From positions 148,610 to 212,609 of the forward strand of contig RHPI01003753.1 of NCBI GenBank assembly GCA_009103225.1: a stretch of 64,000 nt of DNA. The letters run 5' to 3'. Below the pieces are notes generated by a model. That model saw only the letters and a program-made list of their open reading frames with translations, was not told the origin of the DNA and searched no databases. Below, in pieces: positions 1 through 12,100 of the stretch (within the stretch, counting starts at the first letter, position 1; each line of letters starts with the position of its first letter). Position numbers and translations under genes: made by a program. Source of the DNA: Chlorokybus atmophyticus (Eukaryota; Plantae; Mesostigma and Chlorokybus algae).

Positions 1-305
1 CACATTTACAGGTGAATATCGAGCACATGACGGCTATCAGCACGACAGTATCTTGTAATTTGTAAGCTTGTAACTTACAAGTTGTTGGCCCAACACCACA
101 TGTCATGATGTACATCATGACATGAGCCGACAACGAGAACTTGAAGTTTACACCCAAGACGCTGGCGTTAAAGTGTAGAGTAGCCGGGCCGGTAAAGTGT
201 AGAGCCGCCAGCCAAGCCGTCAAAGCTCAGGCTGGGCGGGCGGGCGTTGCAAGTGACACACACGCACACATGCCCTCACGCACGCACGCGCGCGCCTCAG
301 ATCAG

Positions 306-690
306 GTCATGCAAGAGCAACATAAAGTGCTTACTTTGACCATCAACGTAAGCACTTTATGTTTCGTTGGCAACGAAAAAGGGAGTGCAATAACCACACT
401 TGGAGTTGCAATAGTGATGGCCTGTAGCAGCCAAAGCATGTGAGAAACGAACCAAGCATAAGACACACACATGCACACAATACGGATGCAAGGCGTCCAT
501 GTGCAACTAACCCTTAAGGCGTACACGCACGAGCGCCTAGGATGAAGTCATGCAAGAGCATCATAAAGTGCTTACCTAGACAAGGAAAGAGGGAGGTGCA
601 ATAACCACACTTGGAGTTGCAATAGTAATAGCGCCTGTAGCAGCAAAAGCACGTGAGAACAGAACCAAATACAAGGACACACCTGCACAC
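306..690. repeat. Imperfect direct duplication, period about 240 bp
   Basis: gtcatgcaagagca(a/t)cataaagtgcttac ... gtgcaataaccacacttggagttgcaatagt ... cctgtagcagc occurs at about 306-480 and again at about 547-690. Confidence 0.8.
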
Positions 691-747
691 AATGCTATCA
701 GCTACACGCGCACGCACACGCGGCAAGCACATGTGCGCAAATGCGGG

Positions 748-750
<3 letters not shown>

Positions 751-780
<30 letters not shown>
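751..780. repeat. (AG)15 microsatellite
   Basis: Directly visible in the sequence. Confidence 0.95.
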
Positions 781-783
<3 letters not shown>

Positions 784-3700
784 CACGCAGAGACATGCAG
801 ACAAGCGTGTGCACGCACACACAAAGTTGGGCACACATGTGCTGAGCTGCCGCCAGCAAACAGATACACCAAATCAGACACGTAGCATATCCGCCAACTG
901 CGCTTGCCCGGCCACTCACACACACAAACCACTCTGTTCATATACACAAGCACACAGCCGCTGCAGGCTGCAACCCGCAGCTTGCAGCGGCAGCACATGC
1001 ACGCACGCATGCACACTTGGTCAGCGCCGTCAACCATACTCACCTACGAGAGACGAGGGGAGTTATTGAGGGGCGCCCCTGATGTGGCTGCTGCCACCGT
1101 TGGCCTCTTTGCCGCCGCCATCGCCGCCGCTGATGCCTGTTTTAAAACGGTTGCAGGCTAATGCGGTGGTCATAAGCAAACTCCCATCATCAAATGGACA
1201 CCCGATAATTATGAAACAATTTGGATAAAATTATGAGCGGTCCGAAGTTTTGAGCGGGATAAACGGCACGCGCATACTGTGCGCACTGTGCGGCCTAGCA
1301 CATCATGTAGAATTTTTTGTTTAATTAACTTGATCGGTACATCATTAGAACTGCATATTCCATAACGCATGCTCCCGCAAGAGTTTATGTTTAAACCATC
1401 GCATTTAGGACTTAAGCATTAGATTGTTAAGTATACAAAACTGGACATAACCCAAATGTTGTATGCTTTTTGTGACAGTATCAGTAGTAGTACAAGTAGT
1501 AGAGGTTATTTAGGGACAGTTATTGGCAAGTGTAATGTGGGGTGGATGTTTGGATGTTCTTAAAATTTACCCACGTTTATTGCAGCAATTGTATCAACAA
1601 AAAAGCAAAATGTACTAAACAATTGTATAGTTCCATTTCTCTCAATGCTTGCTTGTGTTCCGCCACGGTTACATCATACTTTTGCATAATTTTAGTACAA
1701 CCACTATTCTTCACGTTCATTAACAGCTTTATTGCGCAGCACCACATCAGCTCTCCGACATGTATAAACAGTATCAATGATGTGCATGTGAGTGCAATAT
1801 TAGAGTGTTATGGTGCACCTTGATTGTATGTCTATTACGCGACGAATCAAGTACACACTGATTGATCAATGCATGCACTTATTAAAGAGAGTGTTACATG
1901 TCAACGTCATGTTGACATACAACACTTATTATCATTTGCATGAACTGTTGTCTCGATAGTGCATGCAGCAAATAAGAAGTGTCGCTCATTACCTGCATGT
2001 TTGCTTCCATAATTGATGTTAATATCGCATATATTATATATGCGATGTGTTTCAAATATACTTATTAAACATGCATGTTAGAAAAAAGGAATTGTACAGG
2101 ATTGTTATAACACATATGATTACACATAATCCCCATAACAATGCCATGCACATTGCACGCTGTTACATGATTTGCATTTGGTCATCAATAATGTCTCACA
2201 ATTCACCTGCAATTGCTGAACTATCTGTGACCACCAACTTGCCGGGCTAGCCACTCTCCCATGTGGAGCGAGTGTTCAGGGAAACCAAAGCTTGCAATTG
2301 CAGCATCATCTCTGCCTATTGCAGGCTGATTTGTTTGCAGCGGTACTGGTGGAAGCCTTCCACTGGAAGGGGACATTCTCGCCGATGCGGGCTCCTTTCA
2401 ATGGTGATTACGCAAGGTATCCCAGCAGGCCCGTACGTTGTGAGAAAACGACACTGGGCATGAGGGGCGTGATCACTGATCACGCTCGTCGCGCGTGACC
2501 GATTGCTTTATTTCGCAACAGCCGGTCAGTTCACGTGTACGTCAGCGTAACTTATCCGTTCGCGCGGCGCGGCGCCTCGCTCTTCTGCTGTGTGCGGCAG
2601 CCCTGCTCTGCGAGTCGCAGACTGCGACGGTCCGGCGGTGACACTGGTGGCAATGATTGTCCGCGAGCGAGTTCTTGTCACTTCCACATCAGCCGCTTAT
2701 GCCGCGCATTGACTAATTGGCCCCGAACAGACACACTCTGCGGGCCGACGTTGCACCAGTCGTGTCCGCCAGTTCTGACCGACCCGGGTAGTGTCATCCG
2801 AGTGACGTGCCCCAAAGCTGAGTCAGCGCCGCTGAGCGCGAGTTACGGCACTTGCGGGCCGGATCGATCGCGATGACTAGACCTACCGCAGGCGTAACCC
2901 CAACACCCCAATCCGCGCCGGGATAAGACAGGGCGCGTGCAATCAGGTGCGCCAGACCGAAGCCATGCCGGCCGTAGACCTCGTCCCCGCTTCCCGGCTA
3001 CTTGCGGCCAGGAAGGTCGTCTCGACAAAAGATTGTCTCTAGAACCCAAACCAAACCAAAACCCGGGTGGTTGCTGGCTTCAAACACACTCATTTGAGCA
3101 GTTCTCATCCACTCTGCTTCTGCAGCCACAAGTGGCCACCCCGGCCTTGCAGAGATTGTCTTTAGAACTGAAACTGCCCATCTTGTCGCCCTCACTGAAG
3201 GGTCCCTCAGGGTAGAGGGCCTCACTCGCGGCCTCAAGCTTGCCCAAACCGCGGTTAAGCCTCCATCAGTACCAATAACCGGACTTACAGCCAATACTCC
3301 TCTCGTGTTGGAAGGAAACGCTTCTGAACCGAGCCAAGTAGCAACTGATATCGGTAGCAGCTCTAGATACGCTGGTTGCTTCACAGTTACGAAGAGGACG
3401 GCGCTGCGTGATCCCCGCGATCTGCAATCATGGATGACGGTCAGTCGCGATGCAGCCGGTGGCCACACAATTCCTGTCCAGTAACGGAGCCCGGATGAGG
3501 AGGAGTTAGGAGGCCGTACCACGGGTTGTGCGCGAGTGCGGTACGGGCTCTGGCCTCTGCAGTTACGAGTTATCAACAGCAGTGCTTAGGGTCATCCACG
3601 TGTGCAGCTGTGGGCTTGGCGGCAAAGGCGGTGGCGGTGGCGGAGGCGGAGGCGGAGGCGGCGCTAGTTGAGGGGGCGGACGGGCTGGCTGAGATCCAAG

Positions 3701-3839
3701 GGTTGGCGCTGAAGCTGGGGTTGAACAGGTTGAGCTGTGAGTAGGTTCCGCCGGGCAGGGTTCCCCGGGCGCCTGAGATCTTCCACAAGGTTGTTGTCCT
3801 GATGGGCTAGGTCCAGGAGGTTAGCGGTAGAGATCCTTG

Positions 3840-6144
3840 ATGGCTGCGGCGGTAGCTATCCCCATGGCTGCTACCTGGATGGCTCCCAGGGCAGTTTCAA
3901 GGTCAGCCTCGCCTTCATCCACTTGCGGTGGCTGCGGGATGCCGAGGATAGATGCCGGGTCTTTGGACTGCCGTTCCACATCTTTCATGCGCTCATCGTC
4001 ATCAGGCTCCGCTACTTCGCCCTCGTATTCATCATCATGGACATCATCAGAAGTCTCTCTGCCGTTCAGGCGGCTTCGCCGCCAGCGACCACGCGCGTCG
4101 ACGACTGCCACATGTAGCGTACAGACCCAGTATGAGAACAGCTGCCTTGACGGTGTTTGCCCCGTAGAGTTTACGGCCCCCTCACGAAAACCACTGCACG
4201 ACAGCAGTGTTGTGCGAAGCAATGATGGCAAGATCCACCCTCCAGTAAGTCTCGTTGCCTTAATCGCTTGGTTGATATCGATTTGTGCTGTTTGTTTGTG
4301 CACCGTGCTCTAGATGGAACTGCAAGGTTTACTCGCGTTAGGTCTGCCGCATGATGCTGTCCAGGCTTGCTTCTCAGCAGACTGCTTGGAATGTGTTTCG
4401 GTGGTACATTTTGTCTATTGTAGCGTCAGCTTTTTTGTCACCTTGACACCTTGCTGTTTGCGGCAATGGCTTCTTACTCCAAGCATCTGCCTGCGCAGCT
4501 TGCGCCTGTTGTTCCTGTGTACGTGATGCTACCGCTGGACACAATTACTTTGATAAACACCGTCAATCGGCCTAACGCTTTGAGGGCGGGTTTCATGGCG
4601 CTAAAGAGCATTGGGGTAGAGGGGGTTATGGTCGACGTCTGGTGGGGCATTGTTGAGGTAACGTCCGTGCTTCTGAGTCCATTGCACATTGCCGTACATT
4701 GTGTCCGCACCCCCCACATAGCTGAACCTGTCCAACCTGCAGGGTGACAAACCAAAGCAGTACGAGTGGGAGGCGTATAGGGAGCTGTTGGATATGATTA
4801 GGGACGCTGGTCTAAAGTGTCAGGCAGTTATGTCTTTCCATTCCTGCGGCGGCAATGTTGGTGACTGCTGTTCAGTATCGCTACCAAGGTTCGCAGCTTA
4901 CTATGATGGCCGTTTGCTGCAAGTTGTTTGCAGCCTGTGGCGTTGATGGTCGGCTTACTTTTCGTTGTATGCACAGGTGGGTAATGGACGTGGCAGAAGA
5001 GAGTCCTGATGTATTTTATACAGATAGAGCTGGTTGGCGCAATGGCGAATATCTGTCACTAAGTGTTGATAATATTCGCATCCTGCACGGTCGCACACCC
5101 ATTGAGGCCTACAGGGACTTCATGGCTAGTTTTAGGAACGAGTTTGCAGATTACATGGGTTGCGTTATCACGGAGGTGGAGGTTGGATTAGGTCCTGCTG
5201 GGGAGCTTAGGTATCCATCGTATCCTGAAGGCGATGGCCGCTGGTGCTTTCCCGGGATCGGAGAGTTTCAATGCTACGATAAGTATATGCTGGCCAACCT
5301 CAAGGCACATGCCGAGGCTGCGGGGCAGCCCCGGTGGGGTGTGGGTGGGCCACACGATTCTGGCCATTACAAGCAGTGGCCGGAGGAAACCGGCTTTTTT
5401 CGCACATATGGAGGTTCCTGGGATACAGATTATGGGCGATTCTTTCTCGAGGTACGGGCGCTTGTCGCCACACCAGATGATTGCCATCTCTTTTTGTGTT
5501 ATGTGCGCAAAGCTGAATCAGTCTCCTTTGTGCAGTGGTACAGCAACAATCTCGTCCAGCATGGGAGCCGCGTGTTGGCAGCAGCGGAGGAGGTGTTTAA
5601 GGGCACGAATGTACAGTTGGCTGCCAAGGTTTCTGGCATCCACTGGTGGTACAATACGCACTCACATGCGAGCGAGCTGACAGCGGGTTACTATAACACC
5701 ATACAAAGAGACGGCTATCAGGACATAGCTGAGATGCTGGCAAAGCATGGTGCAGTCCTGAACTTCACGTGTGCTGAGATGAGGGACAAGGAGCAGCCCC
5801 CCGCAGCGTTGTGCAGCCCTGAAGGCTTGTTGCGCCAGGCTCGCGCTGCGGCTTACCGAGCAGGCATTACCTTTGCGGGGGAAAATGCTTTGCCAAGATT
5901 CGACAGGGTTGCCCACGAACAGATCTGTGCCAATGCCATGCCGGCCATGTTCGGCAAGGAGTGTGACAGGCACCATCCGCATGCTTTGGACAACATGGCG
6001 ACATTCACCTTCCTGCGCATGGGTGAAGCTCTTTTCCGCCCAAACAACTGGAACGCCTTTACGCAGTTTGTGAAGCGGATGAACAGGACGTCGTTGGTGG
6101 AAGCTCCTAACAAGGGAGGCCGAGTGGCGGAGCTCGTGTATTGA
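3840..6144 (+). CDS. BAM: Chloroplast beta-amylase (GH14, BAM1/BAM3-like), 5 exons
   Basis: Exons 3840-4244 (Ser/Arg-rich transit peptide, gtaagt donor), 4499-4657, 4743-4888, 4977-5451 and 5536-6144. Motifs [67 protein letters not shown] and [10 protein letters not shown]. Confidence 0.95.
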
Positions 6145-7337
6145 CAGCTGTATCACCGACCTTCAGCTAGACAATTACAGCACTTTGGAGGTTTAGACTA
6201 TGTCAGGCGAGCGCACGCGCACAGCATTGGTCAACTTGGAACTGCACCATGGCTGCAAGTCTCATTTGAAGATGCTGTGCATACAGCAAGCCCTATCAAG
6301 TCGCCACAGGAACCTAGTTGCACCTGCGCGCAGTTTTGTGGGTTGAGGCACAGTTTTAGTTTGTAGTGCACGTTTGTAGTGGTAGCTACCGAGGTCAATC
6401 GATGCACGCTTAGTCTAGGTTAGAGTAGTGAGGCCGCACCCTTGTGATATATGCCAATTGTAAAAAGAGTTGCACAATCTGTACATGGCGGTGTTGGATA
6501 CTTGGTGAACAGTGTCTCAATGTGTGAAAGTTTATGGTCTCGCCAGCACAGCCCCTGGTTGTGGCTGAAATACTGGTCTGCAATGTTGAAATCGCCACCT
6601 GAGTCTGCGCGGTTCGCCACTTATCACAACGACAGCAGAAGAGCGTTGATTCACGAAATCACAGTGAACAAAGGGGTGTCAGTAGTAGCTCCACATCACG
6701 CTAATAGCAACCAACTATGTGTGCGGTTGTGGTGTAGCAGCAGATGACAAATGAACGCTTGCAGGTTTAGTATATTAGCTAGAGAGACAATGTAGAACAC
6801 CAGAACTATACCACCTTGGCATATACAAAGACCGTGGCAAGACTGTCACCACACACAGCAGCAGCAATACAGCAAGCACACTACTCTAGCGGCAAGCAAA
6901 ACACCTGTTCGGAAGGATTCGCAGCTGGGCTGTTATACACATTGCCAAGTCAGCGTTCAGTACACAATGGCAACAATAGCATGCGCAAGTGCAAATATCT
7001 GTCAACATCACATGGCCATGGCAAATGCCATTGAGAATGAATAGCACGAGTTAATTCTCCTCAGGTGCGCACTGCCTCTTGTGCTTGGGCATTCACATGC
7101 TCATCCTTACTGCCTAGAACATGCAATGTCCTCTTGCATGGCTGTCATTTGCAAGTGTGTGCAGCACTGCCTAAGCCTAGCATAGGCCAATGAAGATTAC
7201 TACAAGCGGGAGTGCATAATCGTGTCAAGAGCAGAAGCGCTGATAGCTAGCAGTGAAATGTCAGCTGGCAAGCAATCTGTGGGTGAGTATCGTAGAAATG
7301 CCAGGAGCTCGTGTTGAACACCGACAGCTACTGCATC

Positions 7338-9051
7338 CTATCTGAGAGTGGCAAACTGCGCATACTCTGATGTTACAAACTGCAAGGGGTGCCCGAGAGC
7401 CCAAGCAATATTTCTGCAGCACAAAGTGAAACATTAGTAAGCAACATAAGTACTCATCCATACCTGTGGCACATCCAAGGACACCTACTGGCGAGGCCCG
7501 AATATTTTGATTTGCCGGATGTGTGTATCCCTTCCATTTTGGTGGTTGCTCAGCACAGCAACTTGCACCAAGTAGGCCCGCAGATACTCCCTGCAAGAAG
7601 GACGTTGCACTTGCTATACATACATACATAGCTATACCCTACACAATGATATGGAAATTGGCTCCTGTAACGCTGCACCTGGAGTTTGTAGGACAGAGCG
7701 ATATTTGCACCCAACCGCTTGGCTCATTCAGCTCAACCTGTTGAACATGGCCACGGTTCATGTTTTATTTTGGTCACCCAATCATCAGCTCAAGCACATA
7801 CATGCCTCAACAGCCCTCGCTGAGAAATTGCATCAAAATGTACATTCACATGTGTGCGTTCCTGTGAAAAGATGAGCGCCACTGCGCAGAAGCAGCGCAT
7901 GTTGGATGATGCCATGCAACAAAAATGTGCGCATGAACCTGAGTAATGTCTTTGAGTTCGCCAGCACAGTTGCCAGCTCGGACAGCAATGCGCTGTGGCG
8001 TGTATGACTCGTCCTGCTTATAGTCGAGGTACAGCGCAAGGCACACTAGCGCCGTCTTCTGCTGGAAGTGCGCCGACACCACATGCGGCTGTGCACCATC
8101 CGACTGCCAATATGTCTCTATGCTGCCATCACGTAACTACAACGCAACACACGAGTTAAATCTGTGTCCGCTCTCTTGCGTCCACATTTATGTGTTCACT
8201 TCATATGATATTGAAGGTCGCAGTATGCACGGATAAGCATGCTGCTGGTTGCTGTGATGCACATGCAGTCCCGCACTCACAACGCAACAAGCCAGGCTGA
8301 ATCGCATGCTGAGGCCATGCTGAGGCCATCCGTGAGAACGGTGACCATGACTGTGAAGCAACGCTCCGGTCACAGCATATGTGTCCCACGACGCCGTACT
8401 TGACTGTTGTACTGGCTGCATGTGTGCGACAGTGACATGCATGTGCCAAGCAACTGGTTCAGCAAAGGCACCTGAATGCATCCCGCAGGTCACACGAGCT
8501 CGCACATGCACACACGTGCAAACCACTGTTTGTGTGTGTGTGTGTGTGTGTACTCGCGAAGTGGTTTCTCTGTCCGCATGTCAAGGCTTGTGTGCTATTC
8601 TTGTCAGCATTGAAAGGTGCTCGGTTACATTATACATTCTGATTAACAATCCGACCCCAGCCCAATCTTTGGCATATTAAGCCTTGCAACTGACTCCTTT
8701 GAGAAGCAATGCACCGCGGTATACGCTCACACAATGTGTTGCTGAGCGCTTGAAATTCAGTTTTACGCTGATAGCCTGCATAGAGCAAGGAGGGTTATAA
8801 CACACTGATACCTAAGTTGCCTGCTGCAAAAAACGGTAACTGGGGAGAATGAATTGCAATCCAACTGGGCATTGCAGTCAGCTTACAAAATGGACACCAT
8901 TGCCAGGCTTTGCGGAAGTCACGCTCCAGACAGCCTGGCGGCCAACTTCTCGGCCGGCCTCTGTAACGGCTGAATCGTCACCGAGTCCCAGCTGTTGGTC
9001 CTCCTCCTCCGGATCGCCGCCGCTTGCCACCGCCGCAACCGCCACACTCAT
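7338..9051 (-). CDS. APC10: Anaphase-promoting complex subunit 10 (DOC domain), 5 exons
   Basis: Exons 9051-8887, 8136-7939, 7737-7679, 7590-7489 and 7413-7338 splice in frame. They give [62 protein letters not shown] and [13 protein letters not shown]. Confidence 0.95.
8530..8551. repeat. (TG)n microsatellite in APC10 intron 1
   Basis: Directly visible in the sequence. Confidence 0.9.
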
Positions 9052-9135
9052 GCCAACAACCAGGGTGAGAGTTAGGGTTGGGGCCAGGGTTAGGAATATT
9101 AGGGCTTGCAGTCCAAGTTGGCGCTGTGCGCCATC
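9052..9135. promoter_or_regulatory. 84-nt spacer between the divergent APC10 and FtsHi start codons, with telo-box-like TTAGGG motifs
   Basis: gttagggtt (9071-9079), agggttagg, ttaggg (9099-9104) and five G3/G4 tracts lie between ATG 9051(-) and ATG 9136(+). Confidence 0.55.
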
Positions 9136-12100
9136 ATGGCGGCGGCGGCGGCGGTGGCGTCGTCCGCCTGCTGCGCGGCGTCAAGGCCTTGGAGAAGGGT
9201 TTCAAGCTCCTGCGAGGCGTCTTCCTCGTCGTCTTGGGCTGGGACGGCAGTCAGACCGGGCACGTGTGCGCTGCCGTTGGTGCTGGGAGCGCCGCCGGTA
9301 GGGAGGAGGAGATGGGCGCTGCGGTGCAGGCGGAGGGCTTCGACGATCAGGGGCGAAGCTGGCCGGCAGCCCGAGGTCTCGGTGTCTGCGCAGGCTCATC
9401 CCAACCTGGATGGCAGGAGGGAACAAGGGGATGGCTGGATGCGGGTTCTGCGGAAAGCTGTGCCTGCATGCTTGCAGGTGCGTTGTTCTGGGCTGCAGCT
9501 ACACGCAATACGTGTTTATAAGGTTGTCTGTTGTGAAAGTATGGTATCTTACTTACACCATCGTTTCCAGGCAGACCTCTATTTGAAAAAGATGCAAAAG
9601 CACTAGAGCACCTTTTTCATACCTTTGTTTGTATGAGGTTGTCTACTGAAAGTATGATTATACACATTGTTTTCACCATTGTTTACAGTACACCTCGTTT
9701 AAAGAAGGTGCTCTAGTGCGTTTGCACCTTCTTTGAATGGAGAGGTCGAATCACGTTCGCGCAATGCGTTAGGCCATCACCCACTTTTGTTATGCTTGAG
9801 GCATATGTACTGGTTTGCCATGACGCACAGGTTATTCCAGTAAAAGTCTGCCACTTGAACCCGCTATATGTTGCAGTTATGCAGCACGCATTGTGATGCC
9901 CAAAGCTTCTCCACATGCATTCGCTTTGCGCATTGCTTCCTGCGATTACTTCATCATGCATGTCTAGATCGCGTCGCAACAAGCAGCTGGCTGCAGTCAG
10001 GCCCTCCTCCTCCTTCATGAGCTCAGTAGTGCGACCATGCAGCCGTACTCAGCGTGTCACTGCAGTTTGATGTAGTGATACTACCGACCCCGTTTCAGCA
10101 GCGACTGGCAGTCTGTTCTGTAATTCTCGGTTGTGTACAGATGGCATTCGTTGCTGCAGCATTCGCAATAGCAGCAGTAGCGGCGCCGGCCATTGCCGCA
10201 TCCGCTGCCACCGCCACCAAGCCCACTACCTCCAGCACAGCAAAAACCCTTCCCTTGCCGCAGCGCATTACGTACGATTTGCGCAAACTTGCAAACGGCG
10301 GTGTGGATCTTGCTCCTGAGAAAAGCTTCGCTGATTTCTGGAAGGCGGTCGCAAACAAAGAGGTGAGCCGATATGGAATCAGTCGTGTTGCGTTTCGCGA
10401 TTACACCATCAGTGTTCAGGTTGCATAAGGATACTGGTGACTTGACACTTGCTGCATACAGGTGGACACTGCCTACTTCCTCGACACTCAGTGCCATCTG
10501 CTTGCCATCATGAAAGATGGCAAGGAGTTTGTAGTTGCTCTCCCTGCCGACCCAGACCTGTTGTCTCATTTGACCACGCATGGCGTTAGCATTGCTGGGG
10601 AGCCCCGCGGCAAGATTCAGCCTGTGGTGTTTGGTTTCATGAGGTCCCTGTTCCCCGTTGTGATGCTCATTGCCATGACCGAGGCGTACTTTCGCGTGAA
10701 CGAGCGCGAGCCTGATGCGAGGTGGAAGGGTGATGATGATGTCACAGATTTGTACTCAACACGCGGCGTTTCTCAGGATCGGCTTTCAGCACTGTTGTGG
10801 CGGAAGCCTGCACCAAAGCCTCCTAAGAGGGTTACTCTTGACAATGTCGCTGGCATTGACCCGATTATGGATGACCTGAAGGAGCTGCTCTGGATGATGA
10901 ACAACACCAAGCAGGTGCTGGAGTTGGGAGTCTCAAAGATTCCTACGGGTGTGCTGCTTGTAGGCAAGCCTGGCACCGGCAAAACACTGCTTGCGCGCGC
11001 GATTGCTGGGGAGACCAACCGCTCTTTCATCACAGCTGCTGGGACACAGTTCACTGATGTCTTCATGGGTTCGGGTGCTGCGCGAGTGTCGGCCCTTTTT
11101 GCCAAAGCACGATACTATGCACCTTGCACGGTGTTCATAGATGAATTTGACGCTCTCGCGCAACGGCGTGGTACGAGCATGGCACGAGATGCTGGCACGC
11201 AGGAGAGGGAAGCCACAGTCAACCAGCTACTGGTGGAGCTCGATGGCTTTCAGGACAGGTCGGATGTAGTGGTGCTGGCTGCCACCAACAGACCATCTGT
11301 GTTGGATCCTGCCATCGTCCGACCCGGGCGCATTGACAAGATCATAGAGATTCCCTTGCCTGACAGCAAAGGCCGTGAGGACATCCTCAAAGTGCACGCG
11401 CGCAACAAGACCACTGCGCCTGAGGTCGACTGGCGTGAGGTTGCATATCGGACAGGCGGCATGTCGGGTGCCGACCTCGCAAACTTGCTGAACGAGGCTG
11501 GTTTTGATGCAGTGCGCCTCGGCTCTCCTTCAATTACCACGACCAATTTGCTCAACGCGCTGGACAAAGTGCGAGGCATGTTTACAGAGGATCAGCCCCA
11601 GCTGCCAGTGGCTGATTCAGTAGAGGAGCAACTGTTGGTACAGACAGTAACACCGCGGGAGAAGCGCATCCTTGCAGCGTACTCTGCAGGCAAAGCTCTC
11701 ATGGGCTGCTTGTTTGACGATTATGAGGACCTGTCAAAGATTGTTGTCGCCCCCAACAACACAGCCACTGGGCACGTTGTCTTCCTCCCGCAAGAGAAGT
11801 ATCAAAATGTGATGAGCAGCATCACCAGGCGGTATCTGGAGCAACGCATGGCCGTTGCGCTCGGTGGGCGCGTTGCAGAGATGGCCATTGTGGGCCCGGA
11901 TCAAGTTACATTCGCTGCTGGAGACCTTGAGCTCGTCTCCAACTATGCGCGTGAATATGTGATGGTTTCAGGGTTCAGCCCGCGGGTGGGACCCCTGGTT
12001 CTCATACGGGAAAAGGGTGACAGGTTCCTGTCGGGCGATTTTGAGTGGGAGTTTGGGGAGGTGTCACCTCGGTTAATGGAGGTTGCGGATCGGGAAGTGC

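Larger units (their letters stand above)
1..1266 (-). mobile_element. Possible 5' end of a Tc2/pogo-like DNA transposon running off the window start
   Basis: The reverse complement of 1247-1266 reads CCGTTTATCCCGCTCAAAAC. This resembles the CCGTAT.. terminus of the pogo element at 53507 and carries a repeated TGAGCGG motif. A GCG-rich first-exon-like segment with a gtgagt donor (about 1043) is followed by microsatellite-rich intron-like DNA, the same layout as 55400-56000. No transposase is visible in the window and the flank is CA rather than TA. Confidence 0.3.

Noticed and set aside
1302-1345. Gapped similarity to 53139-53180 (catgtaga..ttaactt..catcat)
   Set aside because: It is short, AT-rich and needs gaps, so it cannot be distinguished from chance by eye.
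2963-2973. GGCCGGCATGG, identical to the start of the HDV genomic ribozyme (minus strand)
   Set aside because: There is no downstream P1 partner (GCCGGCY) or nested pseudoknot, so an 11-nt match is best treated as chance.
3983-4005. Hammerhead-like CTGATGA..GAAA on the minus strand
   Set aside because: Stem II lacks the G-C closing pair, no flanking stems are evident, and it lies antisense to coding sequence.
3821-4303. 160-aa acidic minus-strand ORF as a separate gene or TE
   Set aside because: It is the antisense shadow of beta-amylase exon 1, which has a clean donor at 4245 and splices in frame.
9100-9400. Minus-strand open frame ending just upstream of APC10, as a bicistronic partner
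   Set aside because: It has no convincing start and is better explained as the antisense of the FtsHi transit-peptide exon.
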